Positions 39,578-52,559 are shown, counted from the stretch's first letter. The stretch: 64,000 nt of DNA from Octopus sinensis (GCF_006345805.1 NC_043011.1:1240001-1304000), one strand, 5' to 3'. A program made the numbers and translations. Notes: generated by a model not told the origin, from the sequence alone.

Positions 39578-40622
39578 GCTTCATTGTACTAATGAACAAA
39601 TCAATTAATCAATACAAGATTATACATGACCTGGTGTAGGAAAATAGAATTGCTTAGAAAATAATTCATGGAATTCATCTGCATGAAAAACAATAGTTGA
39701 ATTTGTATTAACATATATAATATAGGGGCATAAAATAATTAGATATGATAATATGATGAAAAAAGAATATTGGTTAATATATAATATTATTTTCATGTGT
39801 CCATGTTAGTTAGATTTAGAAAGATCTGCAGTATTTTATGTACATTTAGGCTCAGTTTCTTCATAGCTGCAGGAAACATCTTCCATAATTTTAGTAAGCA
39901 TGCAATAATTTTCTTTTGTAGCTACGTATCACTTTTAAAACTTTCAGCACCTTTCTTTAGCCATCATTTGTCAATTATATATCTAAATCTATTGAAGGTA
40001 TGCTTTATTTATTTTTTTTTTGAACAAAACTCAGATTGTCCTCTTGCACAAATGAACATTTTTCTATTATTTTCTTTACTAATATAACTAACAACATTTT
40101 GTAAAATTATTAGTTAAAATGTCTTTGAGAGTCAAAGTGAATTTCAGAAACTATGAAATATGTTGTATAAAATTATATTAGGCTATATATTTGGACTAAA
40201 TATCTTTAGCATTCTACCAATTTTCATACCTTATTGAAGTGAATGCCATTACCTCTTGAGAAGAATAATCAATTGAAAAATCAAGAAGGTTGTAAAGATT
40301 ATAATGAAAAAAAAAAAGAAAAAACAATTACAGTTAAGAAGGAAATTTAATCAAATATTCATTTTAATCTCAGTTGTTGAAATTTTTACAGTTTTATTAA
40401 ATTTTGCAGTGTCAAAAAAATTTTCTGCAATAATTTTAACTATATCTAATTTTAACTATGTAGCAGCATGCATGGCTGTATGGTAAAAAGCTTGCTTCCC
40501 AACCACATGGTTTGAAGGTTCAATCCAACTATGTGGCACTTTAGACAAGTATCTTCTATAACCTTGGGCCAACCAATGCTTCGTGGGTGGATTTGTTAGA
40601 TGGAAACTGAAAGAAGCCTGTC

Positions 40623-40662
<40 letters not shown>

Positions 40663-41180
40663 GTGTGTGTGTGTGTTTGTGTTCTGTGTTTGTCTCCTGC
40701 CACTGCTTGACAACCAGTATTGGTGTGTTTACATCCCTGTAACTTAGCAGTTCTTAAAAAAAGATGATAGAATGAATAGCAAGCTTGGCAGAAAAGAAAA
40801 AAGTATTGGGGTTGATTCATTTGACTAAACATTCTCCAAGACAGTGCCCTGGCATGCCCACAATTTAATGACTGAAGCAAGTAAAAGATAAATTCTTGTT
40901 GTGTCTAGGGAGGGTCAAAAATGAAATAAATGATAAAATATATCTTTTTATTTTCTTGATTTATTTTGCTTTTTAAAGTTTCATTTTTTTTTTCTTTTCA
41001 TAGATATTTTTTCCACAGTTTTGTGTTTGTTCATTAAAAGATAGGAACAAATTTCATATTTGAATCATGACAGAAATGGAATTTTCCCGGAAGATTTAGC
41101 ACTTCAGTCACTAAAAATCTATTTCTACTCATCTACTGTAGAAATTACTAGTTGATGAGAATTGGAATTGAATGACATGC

Positions 41181-41219
<39 letters not shown>

Positions 41220-41737
41220 TATGGTTGTTTCTGTGTGTGTATATAAGCATATTTAATCACAACTATATACATAATTGAAGGTACATACACAAATAGTGAT
41301 GTAATAACAAACATGCACACATAAACAATTGGATTCTCATAAATGTTTACTATCAAATCAATTCACATGCACGTGCAATTCACATACACATGTAGCAATG
41401 TATGTTGACACATGTATGATCATAATAAAAATAGAAAACTAAACAAAAATTCCAGCCAACAAACATTTCCAGATATACAGATTATTAATAATACATGTTC
41501 ACAGGAAAAAATATATGCACAAACATCTCACCACAAATTTCTATAGAACAATGGCTTGTGTAATACTGCTGGAGGTGGAGAACATAAAAGGAGGAAATTT
41601 TTCATCTATCTACAAAATACTCAACAGTTGGCAGTGTTTAATCAGAGAATAGCTAGGTAGCTACTGCATCCAAATACTACTGTTACAACTCGGTACATTG
41701 TTATATTGGTACCAATATACTTTAATTGAAGAATTTT

Positions 41738-41769
<32 letters not shown>

Positions 41770-41771
<2 letters not shown>

Positions 41772-42128
41772 GGAGTAAACACATAAATGTGAAACAAGGT
41801 GGAAAAAAGAGTACTCAAATACCAGTGGTAGAGTAATATGCTTTATTTTAAGCAGCAGAAAATTCAACAAAATCTGTTACTCTGAGTTTCTCGTTGCCGT
41901 TCATCAGACAGTTTTTGCTAGAATGGAACTGATATATCAATTCAATCTAGACTCTTACAAACGCTACACCTTTAAAAAGAAATGGACTTCTTTTTAAAGG
42001 TGTAGCGTTTGTAAGAGTCTAGATTGAATTGATATATCAGTTCCATTCTAGCAAAAACTGTCTGATGAACGGCAACGAGAAACTCAGAGTAACAGATTTT
42101 GTTGAATTTTCTGCTGCTTAAAATAAAG
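41770..42128 (-). mobile_element. Fold-back hammerhead element C: perfect 288-bp palindrome 41841-42128 plus 71-nt tail 41770-41840, between two (TA)n tracts
   Basis: 141-bp arms with 6-nt loop ATGGAC (41982-41987). Tail lies on the left, so the element sense is the - strand. Confidence 0.75.
42052..42101 (+). ncRNA. Minimal type I hammerhead ribozyme (mirror copy on - strand at 41868-41917)
   Basis: Stem I CTGT(42058-42061)/ACAG(42092-42095), extended by CAAAA/TTTTG after one mismatch; CTGATGA 42062-42068; stem II CG-GCAA-CG behind an A.A mismatch; GAAA 42079-42082; near-palindromic stem III ACTC-A-GAGT; triplet GTA 42089-42091. Confidence 0.75.
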
Positions 42129-42150
42129 TATATATATATATATATATATA

Positions 42151-42400
42151 TATAATCAAAATAAGCAACAAAAATATCTTCGGTAATTTGGTATGATCGT
42201 TTCACACTACATCATTTTATTAAACATTGTAAGTTTAATAAAATGATGTAGCGTGAAACAATCGTACCAAATTACCGAAGATATTCTTGTTGCTTATTTT
42301 GATTATAATCACCCCATAGATTTATATGGATAACACTGTACAAAATTCTGGTGCATCTGACTTAAGTACCATATTCATTTGAATCTAAATTTTGCCGAAC

Positions 42401-42401
<1 letters not shown>
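42151..42401 (+). mobile_element. Older fold-back element D: imperfect inverted repeat 42151-42307 plus 94-nt tail, between (TA)n tracts
   Basis: 75-bp arms, 7-nt loop, four transition mismatches. Only the 3' half of a hammerhead-like core (GAAAC-GATC-GTA consensus of the two arms) is present. Confidence 0.55.
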
Positions 42402-42448
<47 letters not shown>

Positions 42449-44234
42449 CTGTGTGTATGCAGTAGCCAATATATGGTCATTTAAGTGTCAATATTTGCAT
42501 TTCCCTATTTTCTCTGGCTATATATTTAATATATAGATGTATGGTGTATCTAAAATACTTTGAAAGTTTTGGACTATTAATAATACCTACATTTCAGTAG
42601 TTCATTTTTCTGATCATCATCAAATATCTTCATATATCTAGCTTCATTTGGAACTCAAAAATTTTATTGACAATGCAGGGTTTCCATAAAAAAATAATGA
42701 CAAAATTCTGACTCATAATCACATTCCAAAGAATAAAAATGATATTCAGCTGTGGCTGTGTGGTAAGTAGCTTGCTTACGAACCGCATGGTTCTGGGTTC
42801 AGTCCCACTGCATGGCACCTTGGGCAGGTGTCTTCTACTATAGCCTTGGGCCAACCAAAGCCTTGTGAGTGGATTTGGTAGACGGAAACTGAAAGAAGCC
42901 CGTCGTATATATGTATATATGTGTGTGTATGTGTGTGTATATGTTTGTGTGTCTGTGTTTGTCCCCCCCAACATCACTTGACAACCGATGCTGGTGTGTT
43001 TACGTCCCCGTAACTTAGCGGTTCGGCAAAAGTGAATAATAGAATAAGTACTAGGCTTACAGAGAATAAATCCTGGGGTCGATTTGCTTGACTCAAGGTG
43101 GTGCTCCAGCATTGCCACAGTCAAATAACTGAAACAAGTAAAAGACTAAAAGAGTATTTTTGTCAGGTTGGACAACTAAGACTACATGTACTGCTACTTT
43201 GATTTTACTGAGCTTTGTCTACACTTCTTCAGTCCCAGTTCCATAGTATTATGTAATTTCTTTTCGTACACCACCCTCTTTTTACTATTGTTGAGTTGTA
43301 CTAATCTTCTATTTACTATTTAATCCCAACGTTCCACTATTCTAATCTCACGGTGTTGTCCTCTTTTGTAAGGCTTGATGATAAGGTTTTGCTTCTGAAT
43401 ACTGATCTGATGTTGCGTTATCTGTATATGTTTTATCTGTTTCGGCCATTAGACTGCAGTCATGTTGGGACATCACCTTGAAGAACGTTTTATTTGAACG
43501 AATTGACTCCAGTACTTATTTTTTTAAAGCCAGGTCCTTATCCTGTTGTTCTCTTTTTGCTGAACTGCTAAGTTATGGAGATATAAAGAAACCAACACTG
43601 GTTGTCAAGCAGTGGTGGGGGACAGGCGGCGAGCTGGCAGAAACGTTGGCATGCCGGGCAAAATGCGTAGCCGTATTTCGTCTGCCATTACGTTCTGAGT
43701 TCAAATTCCTCCAAGGTCGACTTTGCCTTTCATCCTTTCGGGGTCGATAAATTAAGTACCAGTTACGCACTGGGGTCGATGTAATCGACTGAATCCGTTT
43801 GTCTGTCCTTGTTTGTCCCCTCTGTGTTTAGCCCCTTGTGGGTAGTAAAGAAATAGAAATAGGTATTTCGTCTGCTGTTACTTTCTGAGTTCAAATTCTG
43901 CCAAGGTCGACTTTGCCTTTCATCCTTTCGGGGTCAATAAATTAAGTACCAGTTATGCACTGGGGTCGATGTAATCTACTTAATCCGTTCATCTGTCCTT
44001 GTTTTTCCCCTCTGTGTTTAGCCCCTTTGGGTAGTAAAGAAATAGGTGGGGGACAAACACACACAACATGTATATATGATATGATTCTTTCAGTTTCCAT
44101 TTACCTACAAGACTTTGGTTGCCTGAAGCTATAGTAGGAGGCATTTGCCCAAGGTACCATGCAGTAGGGCTGAACCCAGAACCATGTGGTTGGGAAGCAA
44201 GTTTCTTATCATACAAGCACACCTGCACCTGTAT

Positions 44235-44311
44235 GTTACAAATCATATTTTAATTGTTTTAATTGTTACAAATCGTATTTTAATTGTTTTAATTGTTACA
44301 AATCATATTTT
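44235..44311. repeat. 30-bp tandem repeat, about 2.6 copies
   Basis: GTTACAAATC at 44235, 44265 and 44295. Confidence 0.9.
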
Positions 44312-45889
44312 TGTAGTACGGTAAAAATTCAAACAGATTTTAATTGTCTCTATTTGAAAGTCATTTCAGTAACAAGAACAAGCTTGGGATGAGGCTGTGG
44401 GTGTCTAAAATATAACATGTTTTCTAATTTTTATTTTATTTCAAATTTTATAAATCTCTCAGTTAGTCCTAAGGTTTTGTATTTGTTTCATATTTTCACT
44501 TTACTCTTTTACTCTTTTACTTGTTTCAGTCATTTGACTGTGGCCATGCTGGAGCACCACCTTTAGTCGAGCAAATCGACCCCGGGACTTATTCTTTGTA
44601 AGCCCAGTACTTATTCTATTGATCTCTTTTGCTGAACCGCTAAGTGACGGGGACGTAAACACACCAGCATCGGTTGTCAAGCAATGCTAGGGGGACAAAC
44701 ACACACACATACACACATATACATATATATACATATATACAACAGGCTTATTTCAGTTTCCGTCTACCAAATCCACTCACAGGGCATTGGTCGGCTCCGG
44801 GGCTATAGCAGAAGACACTTGCCCAAGATGCCATGCAGTGGGACTGAACCCGGAACCATGTGGTTGGTTAGCAAGCTACTTACTACACAGCCACTCCTGC
44901 GCCTAGGGATAATTTCTTTAAGGGTAGAATACAGTCAGTTTGGATGACCCTTTTTTCTTATATATTACAGGCATAATATTTAGAGATTAACATTATCTAT
45001 TTTCTATCATTGTTAAATGAGCATGCCTCATAACGTTGTCTCATCATTAAGATTTCTGTTTAGATTTTAGTCCATTGCACTTAAATACAATAGGAATCTA
45101 TAACTGTGTTAGAGATTTCTTTTACCAATAATATTTGTTTATATTCTCTCTTGATCATGGTTACAGTGGTCTGGGGAATACTATAACTAATAAGATAGCT
45201 TAATTTAGGTAATGATTCATGGGATTATCTCTTCTCCATAGTTAGACATTTATTTCAAATAACTTGAGCGATAGCTTAGCTCTGGTAATAAAACTGTGAT
45301 AGCTTAACTAATCTAATGGGAAAGATACTTCAGTGAGAAAGAGAAACTACACTTTGAATTATTTTGATGAGTAAAAAAAAAGCAAAACAAATCTACTAAA
45401 ACAATGAATGTATTGTGTTTTGAACAATCATTGATTTACTTATCCAGCATTCTATATAACTGGAAGATCTACTCAATCTTAAGAATCCCTTGAGCTATAT
45501 CAGTGCATATAAGTTATCAGTGCTTAAATAAGTACAACAGAATGGTCTCTAGAGATACTACAAAGTTTGGTATGGATCACTGCTTGTCCAAATAAATGAC
45601 TTCTGGTATCATACATTATGCTGCTGTTGCATATTTTTACTTTATATATTGAGATAAATTAGTGCAATATGTTAACCAACTGCCATTCGTACTGAATTAC
45701 AGAATTGCAAATAATTCTGCATCATTTGCTGGAGAAATTTATTAGTATAAAAGTATGTAGATCAGATCTGTACACAGTTGTAAAACTTGTATTGATAGTA
45801 GTTTCTTTATGAGAATCTGACTTTGAATATCTTGGTACACTGAAGTAATTTGGAAATTCCGAACCATTCACTTCATATTTGTCATCAAT

Positions 45890-46095
45890 ATTTTGTATTT
45901 TTATTTTTATTTGTATTTTTATTTGTATTTTTATTTGTATTTTTATTTATATTTTTTATTTGTATTTTTATTTGTATTTTTTTGTATTTATTTGTATTTT
46001 TATTTGTATTTTTATTTGTATTTATTTGTATTTTTTATTTGTATTTGTATTTATTTGTATTTTTATTTGTATTTTTTATTTGTATTTGTATTTTT
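45890..46095. repeat. 12-bp tandem repeat (TTTTTATTTGTA)n, imperfect
   Basis: Direct reading; produces the spurious FLFV/FICI ORFs. Confidence 0.95.
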
Positions 46096-47989
46096 ATTCG
46101 GCTGCTCTCTGTACACTCATTTCTTTTTCTTATATTACCAGTTTTTTTTTTCTGTGCTTGAGTTGGTGTATATGTTGGGGTAATTGTTTTATAGAAGAAT
46201 GTCCTTCACACAGCTATTCATTAGACCAGCATAAACTGCTCTTTGTATTTCTGGTTACCTTTTTTCCTGTCTGGCAAATTTAAGCAAGTTGTGTTGTATG
46301 TATGTCTTGTTTTTACTCAGGTACACATCACTGTATCTAAACAAAAATTTGAAATTAAGCCCAAGAGATCATCAGTCCAGCTTCTAAGCAATGTAGCTAT
46401 TGGTGTTCTGCTGCTAAATGTTAATATTCATTCAGTTTCAAAACTTTCATCTGTTCTTACAATTCATTACTGCAAAACTATTGACTTGAGTTTTATTAAA
46501 CATTATATCAGGAAATGTGTCAACTACTGACACAAACCAGCATTCAGTATATCATATAAGACTATCACTAAAACTTGATAATTAATGGAATTCTAGTGGT
46601 CAAATTCAAGGAAGGATATTAGTTCGTTTTTAACTTGTTGCAAAGGTCTTGAATGTTGGAGAAAGACAAATTCAAATAACATGTTGTTCAAAATTTTTTC
46701 ATGGTCAGAAATTTGATTCCTAACCACGTGGTTCTAGGTTCAGTTCCAATGTGTAATACCTTGGGTAAGTGTTTTCTACTATAGCCTCGCAGTGTTTAGC
46801 TTGGCCTTACAAAATGGATCTGCTACATCCACACTTTGGATGGAACAACATTATATCTTCTACCTATGGACTCGTCTGCTTTTCGTACTTACATCTCCTC
46901 TTTCTTGTAACCATTCTCCACTTCCACCTCTCAGTACTCTCATCCTCTTTTTCTGTCACTCCTCTCCATTCTCTTCCTCTCTTTTTCCTTTCCACTTTTC
47001 TCTTCCTTTTCTGTCTCTACATATCTTCTGCACACTCACATGCATAAATTATATACACCTTCACACACATGACCAACACTCATGTGTACACACATGCATG
47101 CAAACATATACATACACTCACGAACTGATTCACACAAATCATTCAGTTTCCTGACCCTACATCCTACTGCTACTGAGCCCTTGCTACTGACTTGTTAAAT
47201 CCACACTTACACTCACCCAAAAAACTCACAAGCACACATACGATGGTTGGCAGAAAAGTTCATAGGCTGACTACAACATTCTCACTCACAGAATGTGACA
47301 AAATAAGGTTTATTTTTCAACACAGTTCCCCTTGTGATCTACTCACTTCTTCCGTTGGTGTTGCAGTGCTAAGTGGGTTTTTTTTTCATTTTGGAGAAAA
47401 GATGATAGTCAGAGGAGCCAAATCAGGAGAATAGGGAAGATGATCAACCAGTTCACAGCCTCAGTCATGCACAGCAGCCATTGAAACCAAGGGCATGTGT
47501 GCTGGAGCATTGTTCTAATGAAACAAGACAGGTTTCATTAGTCTTCCCGAGCGTTTTGTCTTGATAACCTTTTATAACTGCCTCAGCAAGTTGGCATATT
47601 ACTCTCCATTGGTGTTGTGGCCCTTTTGAAGATAATAAATACAATATGTTTTGCATCCCCCAAAACCTGAGCCATCACATTCTCTGCAGAGACATCAAGT
47701 TGAGAAGGCTTTTGACTGGGTATCATGCACAGTAATCTGGTACTTATTATGGAAATTAGGTGTTGATGAATGACTTGTGAGAATAAAGATGCAATAAGTA
47801 AAATGAGTCAGCAATGACTTGTTAGAGGGATTTAGTGTGATGGTTAGAGTCCATCAAGACTCAGCTCTCAGTGACCCAGCCCTTATTCCTCATTGTCCTA
47901 CAGTCCATCACAGAGGAGTTTAAGACTAGTGGTCCATGTGAGATGCTGATGACTGAGTTCTCATGGGCAAGTCCATATAGGAGTTAGAG

Positions 47990-48780
47990 AAGAAATTGCA
48001 GGAATGGAAACTAAATCAGGAATTGAGAGGCCTTAGGTTAAACCTAGAAAAAGACAAAGGTGTTAATAATTAGAAAAGAAGACAGGACTCTGCTTGCTAT
48101 ACTGAAAAGGAGTATGTATAAACTTCATATACTGTACTCATTTTAAGCTGTGAACATACTAGAGATGTAAAGGAATCACTGGCAGATGAAGGCTTTGTAT
48201 GTGGTGGAGGCACTGGAGCAGCTAATACTAGCATTCCAGAAATCGAGTCACTTGAATATCCAAATGGCTCACTAGAATTAGTTGATAACTCTTGTTGCTT
48301 AGGTAATATAATTAGCAAGGGAGTTGGCTGCTCTGTATGTATATTAGCTGGAATAAGAACTGGCAATAAAGGTTTTCTTTCCACAAAGTGAAAGGTAAAT
48401 TATATGATGCTTGTGCTAGAACTGCAATACTCCATGGTAGTGAAACATGGGTCTTAAATGCAGTGGATATGAGATGACTGGAAAGGAATGAAGCTAGCAT
48501 GTTTCACTGGATGTGCCAAGTAAGTGTGCATGAACGTTTATGCAGAGAGAAAGATTGGGCTCAAGAGGAGTAAGATTTAGTGCATGCTGGTATGGACATA
48601 CGATGTATGAGGATGAGGACAACTGCATCTTTATACAGTGCTTGTCATTCAATGTGGCTGGAGCCAGTCGATGAGGAACACCCAAAAAGATATGGGATGA
48701 AATGGTGAAGGCTGACCTCGGGATCCTGATCCTCACAAAGCGAATAACAAAGACCTTGATATCTGGTGATATGAGGCTCT
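47990..48780 (+). mobile_element. Highly decayed RTE LINE RT C-terminal fragment
   Basis: + strand reads LELVDNSCCLG...KGKLYDACARTAILHGSETW, alignable to the 19820 copy. Confidence 0.7.
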
Positions 48781-48786
48781 AGAAGC

Positions 48787-49165
48787 ACTGTATAGTAATG
48801 AAATTATTGTATACAGTGCTCAGGTGCACAACTTGTCAAAAGTGCATATAAAGTATATGCAGTAATGTACAAATGTCTGGAAAGCGAACAGTGTATGAGT
48901 CAGATACATGCTTGCATGTGTATGGAGGGGGGAAAATCAGGTGTAGTGTTGGTGAATCTCAGGAAGCATGGAAGTTTTGAAGGATGCAGTGCTCCGACAA
49001 CTAACAACTGATGCCGGCAGTTTGTTCCATGCTTCAGCAACTCTTAGCGCAAAATAATGTTTCTGAAAGTCATGGGAGCTGTGTTGTTTTCTGACTTTGT
49101 AAACATGTCCACGGGTGTTAGACAGGTGGAGTTTGAAAAGGTTCTCAGGGTTTGAAAAGGTGGTC
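48787..49165 (-). mobile_element. CR1-like LINE 3' end; inverted second copy at 51285-51597(+)
   Basis: TRGHVYKV...FALRVAEAWNKLPASVV motif; the two copies align in opposite orientation. Confidence 0.8.
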
Positions 49166-50229
49166 AGAGTTGAAAAGGTGATGCATATGTGCATGTGTGT
49201 ATATGTGTATACATAAGTGTGCTTGTGTATATATATTTATATGTATACAAGAGCTCCCCAATCATTCAATCCCCACCTTGTGTTGCCCCTCTACCCCCCA
49301 CATACATCATATCATCCTTGTCTATCCTCATCAGGGCTGGACCTAGGGTTGCTGGTGCTGTGGGTAAGCTGAGCTTTGGTGTGTACAAGCTGATGGTCGT
49401 GGAAATTTCCTAGTCTTTGTTACGCCCTACTTCGTGCCCCCTAGCACATGGTGCCCCAGGCGACTGCCTAAGTACCCTGTATCCTGATCCCACTATTCTC
49501 GCTAGCCATTCTGTATCCATTAATATCGTTCCCCACACCCACCTATTACAGTTGCGTTCCCCTTCTCCAGAGCACCAAATTATCTATTTTCATGCATTGT
49601 GCATGTTTTATTTCTCTACTTCACTACTGTAGCCTACCAAGCACACCATCTCTTTCTGTCTCTCTCTCTCTCTCTTCCCTTTCTGTCAATGATACTGTTA
49701 TTACCATACTGCCATACTGCTAGTATCCCTGTTACTTCCCCACCCAGCACATGCCAGCATGGAACAAAGATGTTAAATGAAGATGATAATGATGATGACA
49801 GTGATGAAAAAATCCACCACATTACAGAAGGAATGCATTCTAAAATCTTGCTATAACAAAAAATTCCATAATGCCAAATTATTTTTTTTTATCAGAGATG
49901 ATACATTCCAACAGGTTTTCCTACAAAAAAAAAATAATAAATAAAATGAGAGAATAGCAACAGCAACAACTACAAAAATAAAGCAACATGACCACTTTTA
50001 TGCTTGAAAATAGCAATTTCTAAACATACTCACTATAATATGCACATATAAAAATATTTGAAGAAAAATGTGTTAGGGAAGAAATAAGTATTGTAATATC
50101 ATAATATGATACTTTCTTACCTCAAAAGATGTTGAGTACTGGGTGTGTGAAGGTGGCAGTAGATTCAGAGTTACTGAAAGGGTGAGATATATATATATAT
50201 ATATATATATACATATGTATGTATATATG

Positions 50230-50280
<51 letters not shown>

Positions 50281-50810
50281 GTATGTATATATGTCATCAT
50301 CATCATCATCATCATCGTTTAACGTCCGTTCTCCATGCTAGCATGGGTTGGACGGTTCGACCGGGGTTCTGGGAAGCCAGAAGGCTGCACCAGGCTCCAG
50401 TCTAATCTGGCAATGTTTCTACAGCTGGATACCCTTCCTAACGCCAACCACTCCGTGAGTGTAGTGGGTGCTGTTTACGTGCCACCTGCACAGGTGCCAG
50501 GCGAGGCTGGCAATGGCCACGGTCGGATTGGTGTACTTTATGTGCCACCGGCACGGAAGCCAGTCGAGGCAGTGCTGGCATTGGCCATGAGTTGGATTGG
50601 CTATATATATATATATATATACACATATGTATGTATATATGTATGTGTATATATATATATTTATATATATATATAATTATATGTATGTATGTATATATAC
50701 ATATATATATAATTATATGTATGCATGTATATATACATATATATATAATTATATGTTTGTATATATGTATGTATGTATGCATGTGTGTGCGTGTGTGTGT
50801 TTGTGTGTAT

Positions 50811-50849
<39 letters not shown>

Positions 50850-51954
50850 AATGGACAAAAAGAAATGATGAGGGACAGATAGATAAAAATACATGAATGC
50901 ACTTTGTGACCCCCCCCCCCAAATATAAATAAACCCTTGGATACAAACGCAAGCACAAACATACACATGTACACACACACAGACACACACACATATATGT
51001 ACAACACGATTGTAGTTTTTCAAGTATACTTTGATCTTAGCTTAAATGGCAAGAAGATGCCTTTTGGGTAGGAAGAAATTGTAATTGTTGAATCGTCAAA
51101 ATTTATCTGAGTCTCTGTGGAGGTGAAATCTCATTTCTTCATACATTCATAATGGGGGAATTTTTGTATATGTGTATGTGTGTGTGTTGTGTGTGTTGAG
51201 TGTGTGTGTGTTGTGTATGTACTACTAAATACACACACATCAAAACAAAAGTCGAAAATTTTGTATATTTTTGATTCCATCTTACAAAGTCAGAAAACAG
51301 CACAGCTCCCATGACTTTAGGAAACATTTTTTCACGCTGAGAGTTGCTGAAGCATGGAACAAACTGCCGGCATCAGTTGTTAGTTGTCGGAGCACTGCAT
51401 CCTTCAAAACTTCCATGTGTTCTGAGATTCGCCAACACTATACCTGATTTTCTCCCCTGCATACACACACAAGCATGTATCTGACTCATGCATTGTTCAC
51501 TTTCCAGATATTTGTACATTACTGCATATACTTTATACGCACTGTTTGACAAGTTGTGGTGCACCTGAGCACTGTATACAATAATTTCATTATCATTATG
51601 TGTTTCATTTCAGGATAGGTGTTAAAAAGATATACATGTAGGAAAATGTACATGGCATCTCCTATCCATCATTCTTCAGACAAAGATTCAGAAATAATAC
51701 TAAGAATATTGTTTCAAAATCTTTGTCTAAGAATGACGGACAGGAGATTCTATATATGTTTTTCTACATGTATGCCTTTGTATCTTTTATCCTGTAAAGT
51801 AACACATGTAGCAAGGAATTTAAAATATAACAAATTTTTCCATTCTTTTATTTTGATGGTTATAAATGTGCATCTGCATCATTCAAATGATGTTTTGATG
51901 TATAATTACTCTACAAATAGAATTCACCAAAAATTTCAAATGCTATAAGCCTCA

Positions 51955-52559
51955 CCTATGTATATAAAACTCAACTTGTGTATCTGTGTGTGTGTCTGTG
52001 TGTTTAACTTCCCGGCACATCTCCTCCTAGCCAACAAATCGTAGAATCACCAAAAATGGGTCACTTAAAGTCTAGGCGAATGAAAATTGAACTGCACTAT
52101 TTCTGTTCCAAAATTCATCTCGCAAGTGCAAAAATCGATAATGTGTTTGTTTAGGCCTTATCCCATGCATTGAATAGCGAACTTTACTCAGTCAGCTGTT
52201 TGACGCGAACTGTTTTCACCACACGTGCAAGCATGCGTAAATTGCATGAAAAATAAAAAATCAAGATATAAAAACGAATCGCCGTAAACATTGTAGAAAT
52301 TCGGCAAAGAAATGAATTTTCGGGATGTAGCCTGGAGGGTTTTTTCGTATTAATCATTTGGACTTTATGAACACATACCAATTGTTTTCATAACATTTTT
52401 AACGCTTTGAATTAAATGTGACCATTTTGCGTTGAGTCTGCAGTTTGAATCACTTTAACCAAATTTTAGCAGGCCTTATTTTTGATCATCACAATACATC
52501 ACCAGCGACTCCCTGAAACTCTCCCCTGAAATCCCCGTTGAGCCGGGCAATACTGCTAG
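51955..52559 (+). mobile_element. Non-autonomous Helitron-like element; isolated similar 3' end at 11336-11352
   Basis: 3' hairpin CCCG-TTGAGC-CGGG (52534-52547) then CTAG (52556-52559) followed by T; 5' TATATAAAACTC with (TG)n. Confidence 0.65.

Noticed and set aside
45850-46283. Hydrophobic FLFV/FICI ORFs resembling membrane proteins
   Set aside because: Translation of a 12-bp tandem repeat.
48097-48384. Pro/Ser-rich 95-aa ORF on the - strand
   Set aside because: Antisense of a decayed RTE RT fragment recognisable on the + strand.
50073-51023. Cluster of Ile/Tyr/His/Thr-rich ORFs (also about 7067-7330, 15004-15349, 54978-55262, 61989-62324)
   Set aside because: (TA)n, (CA)n, (GA)n and (AAT)n microsatellite translations.
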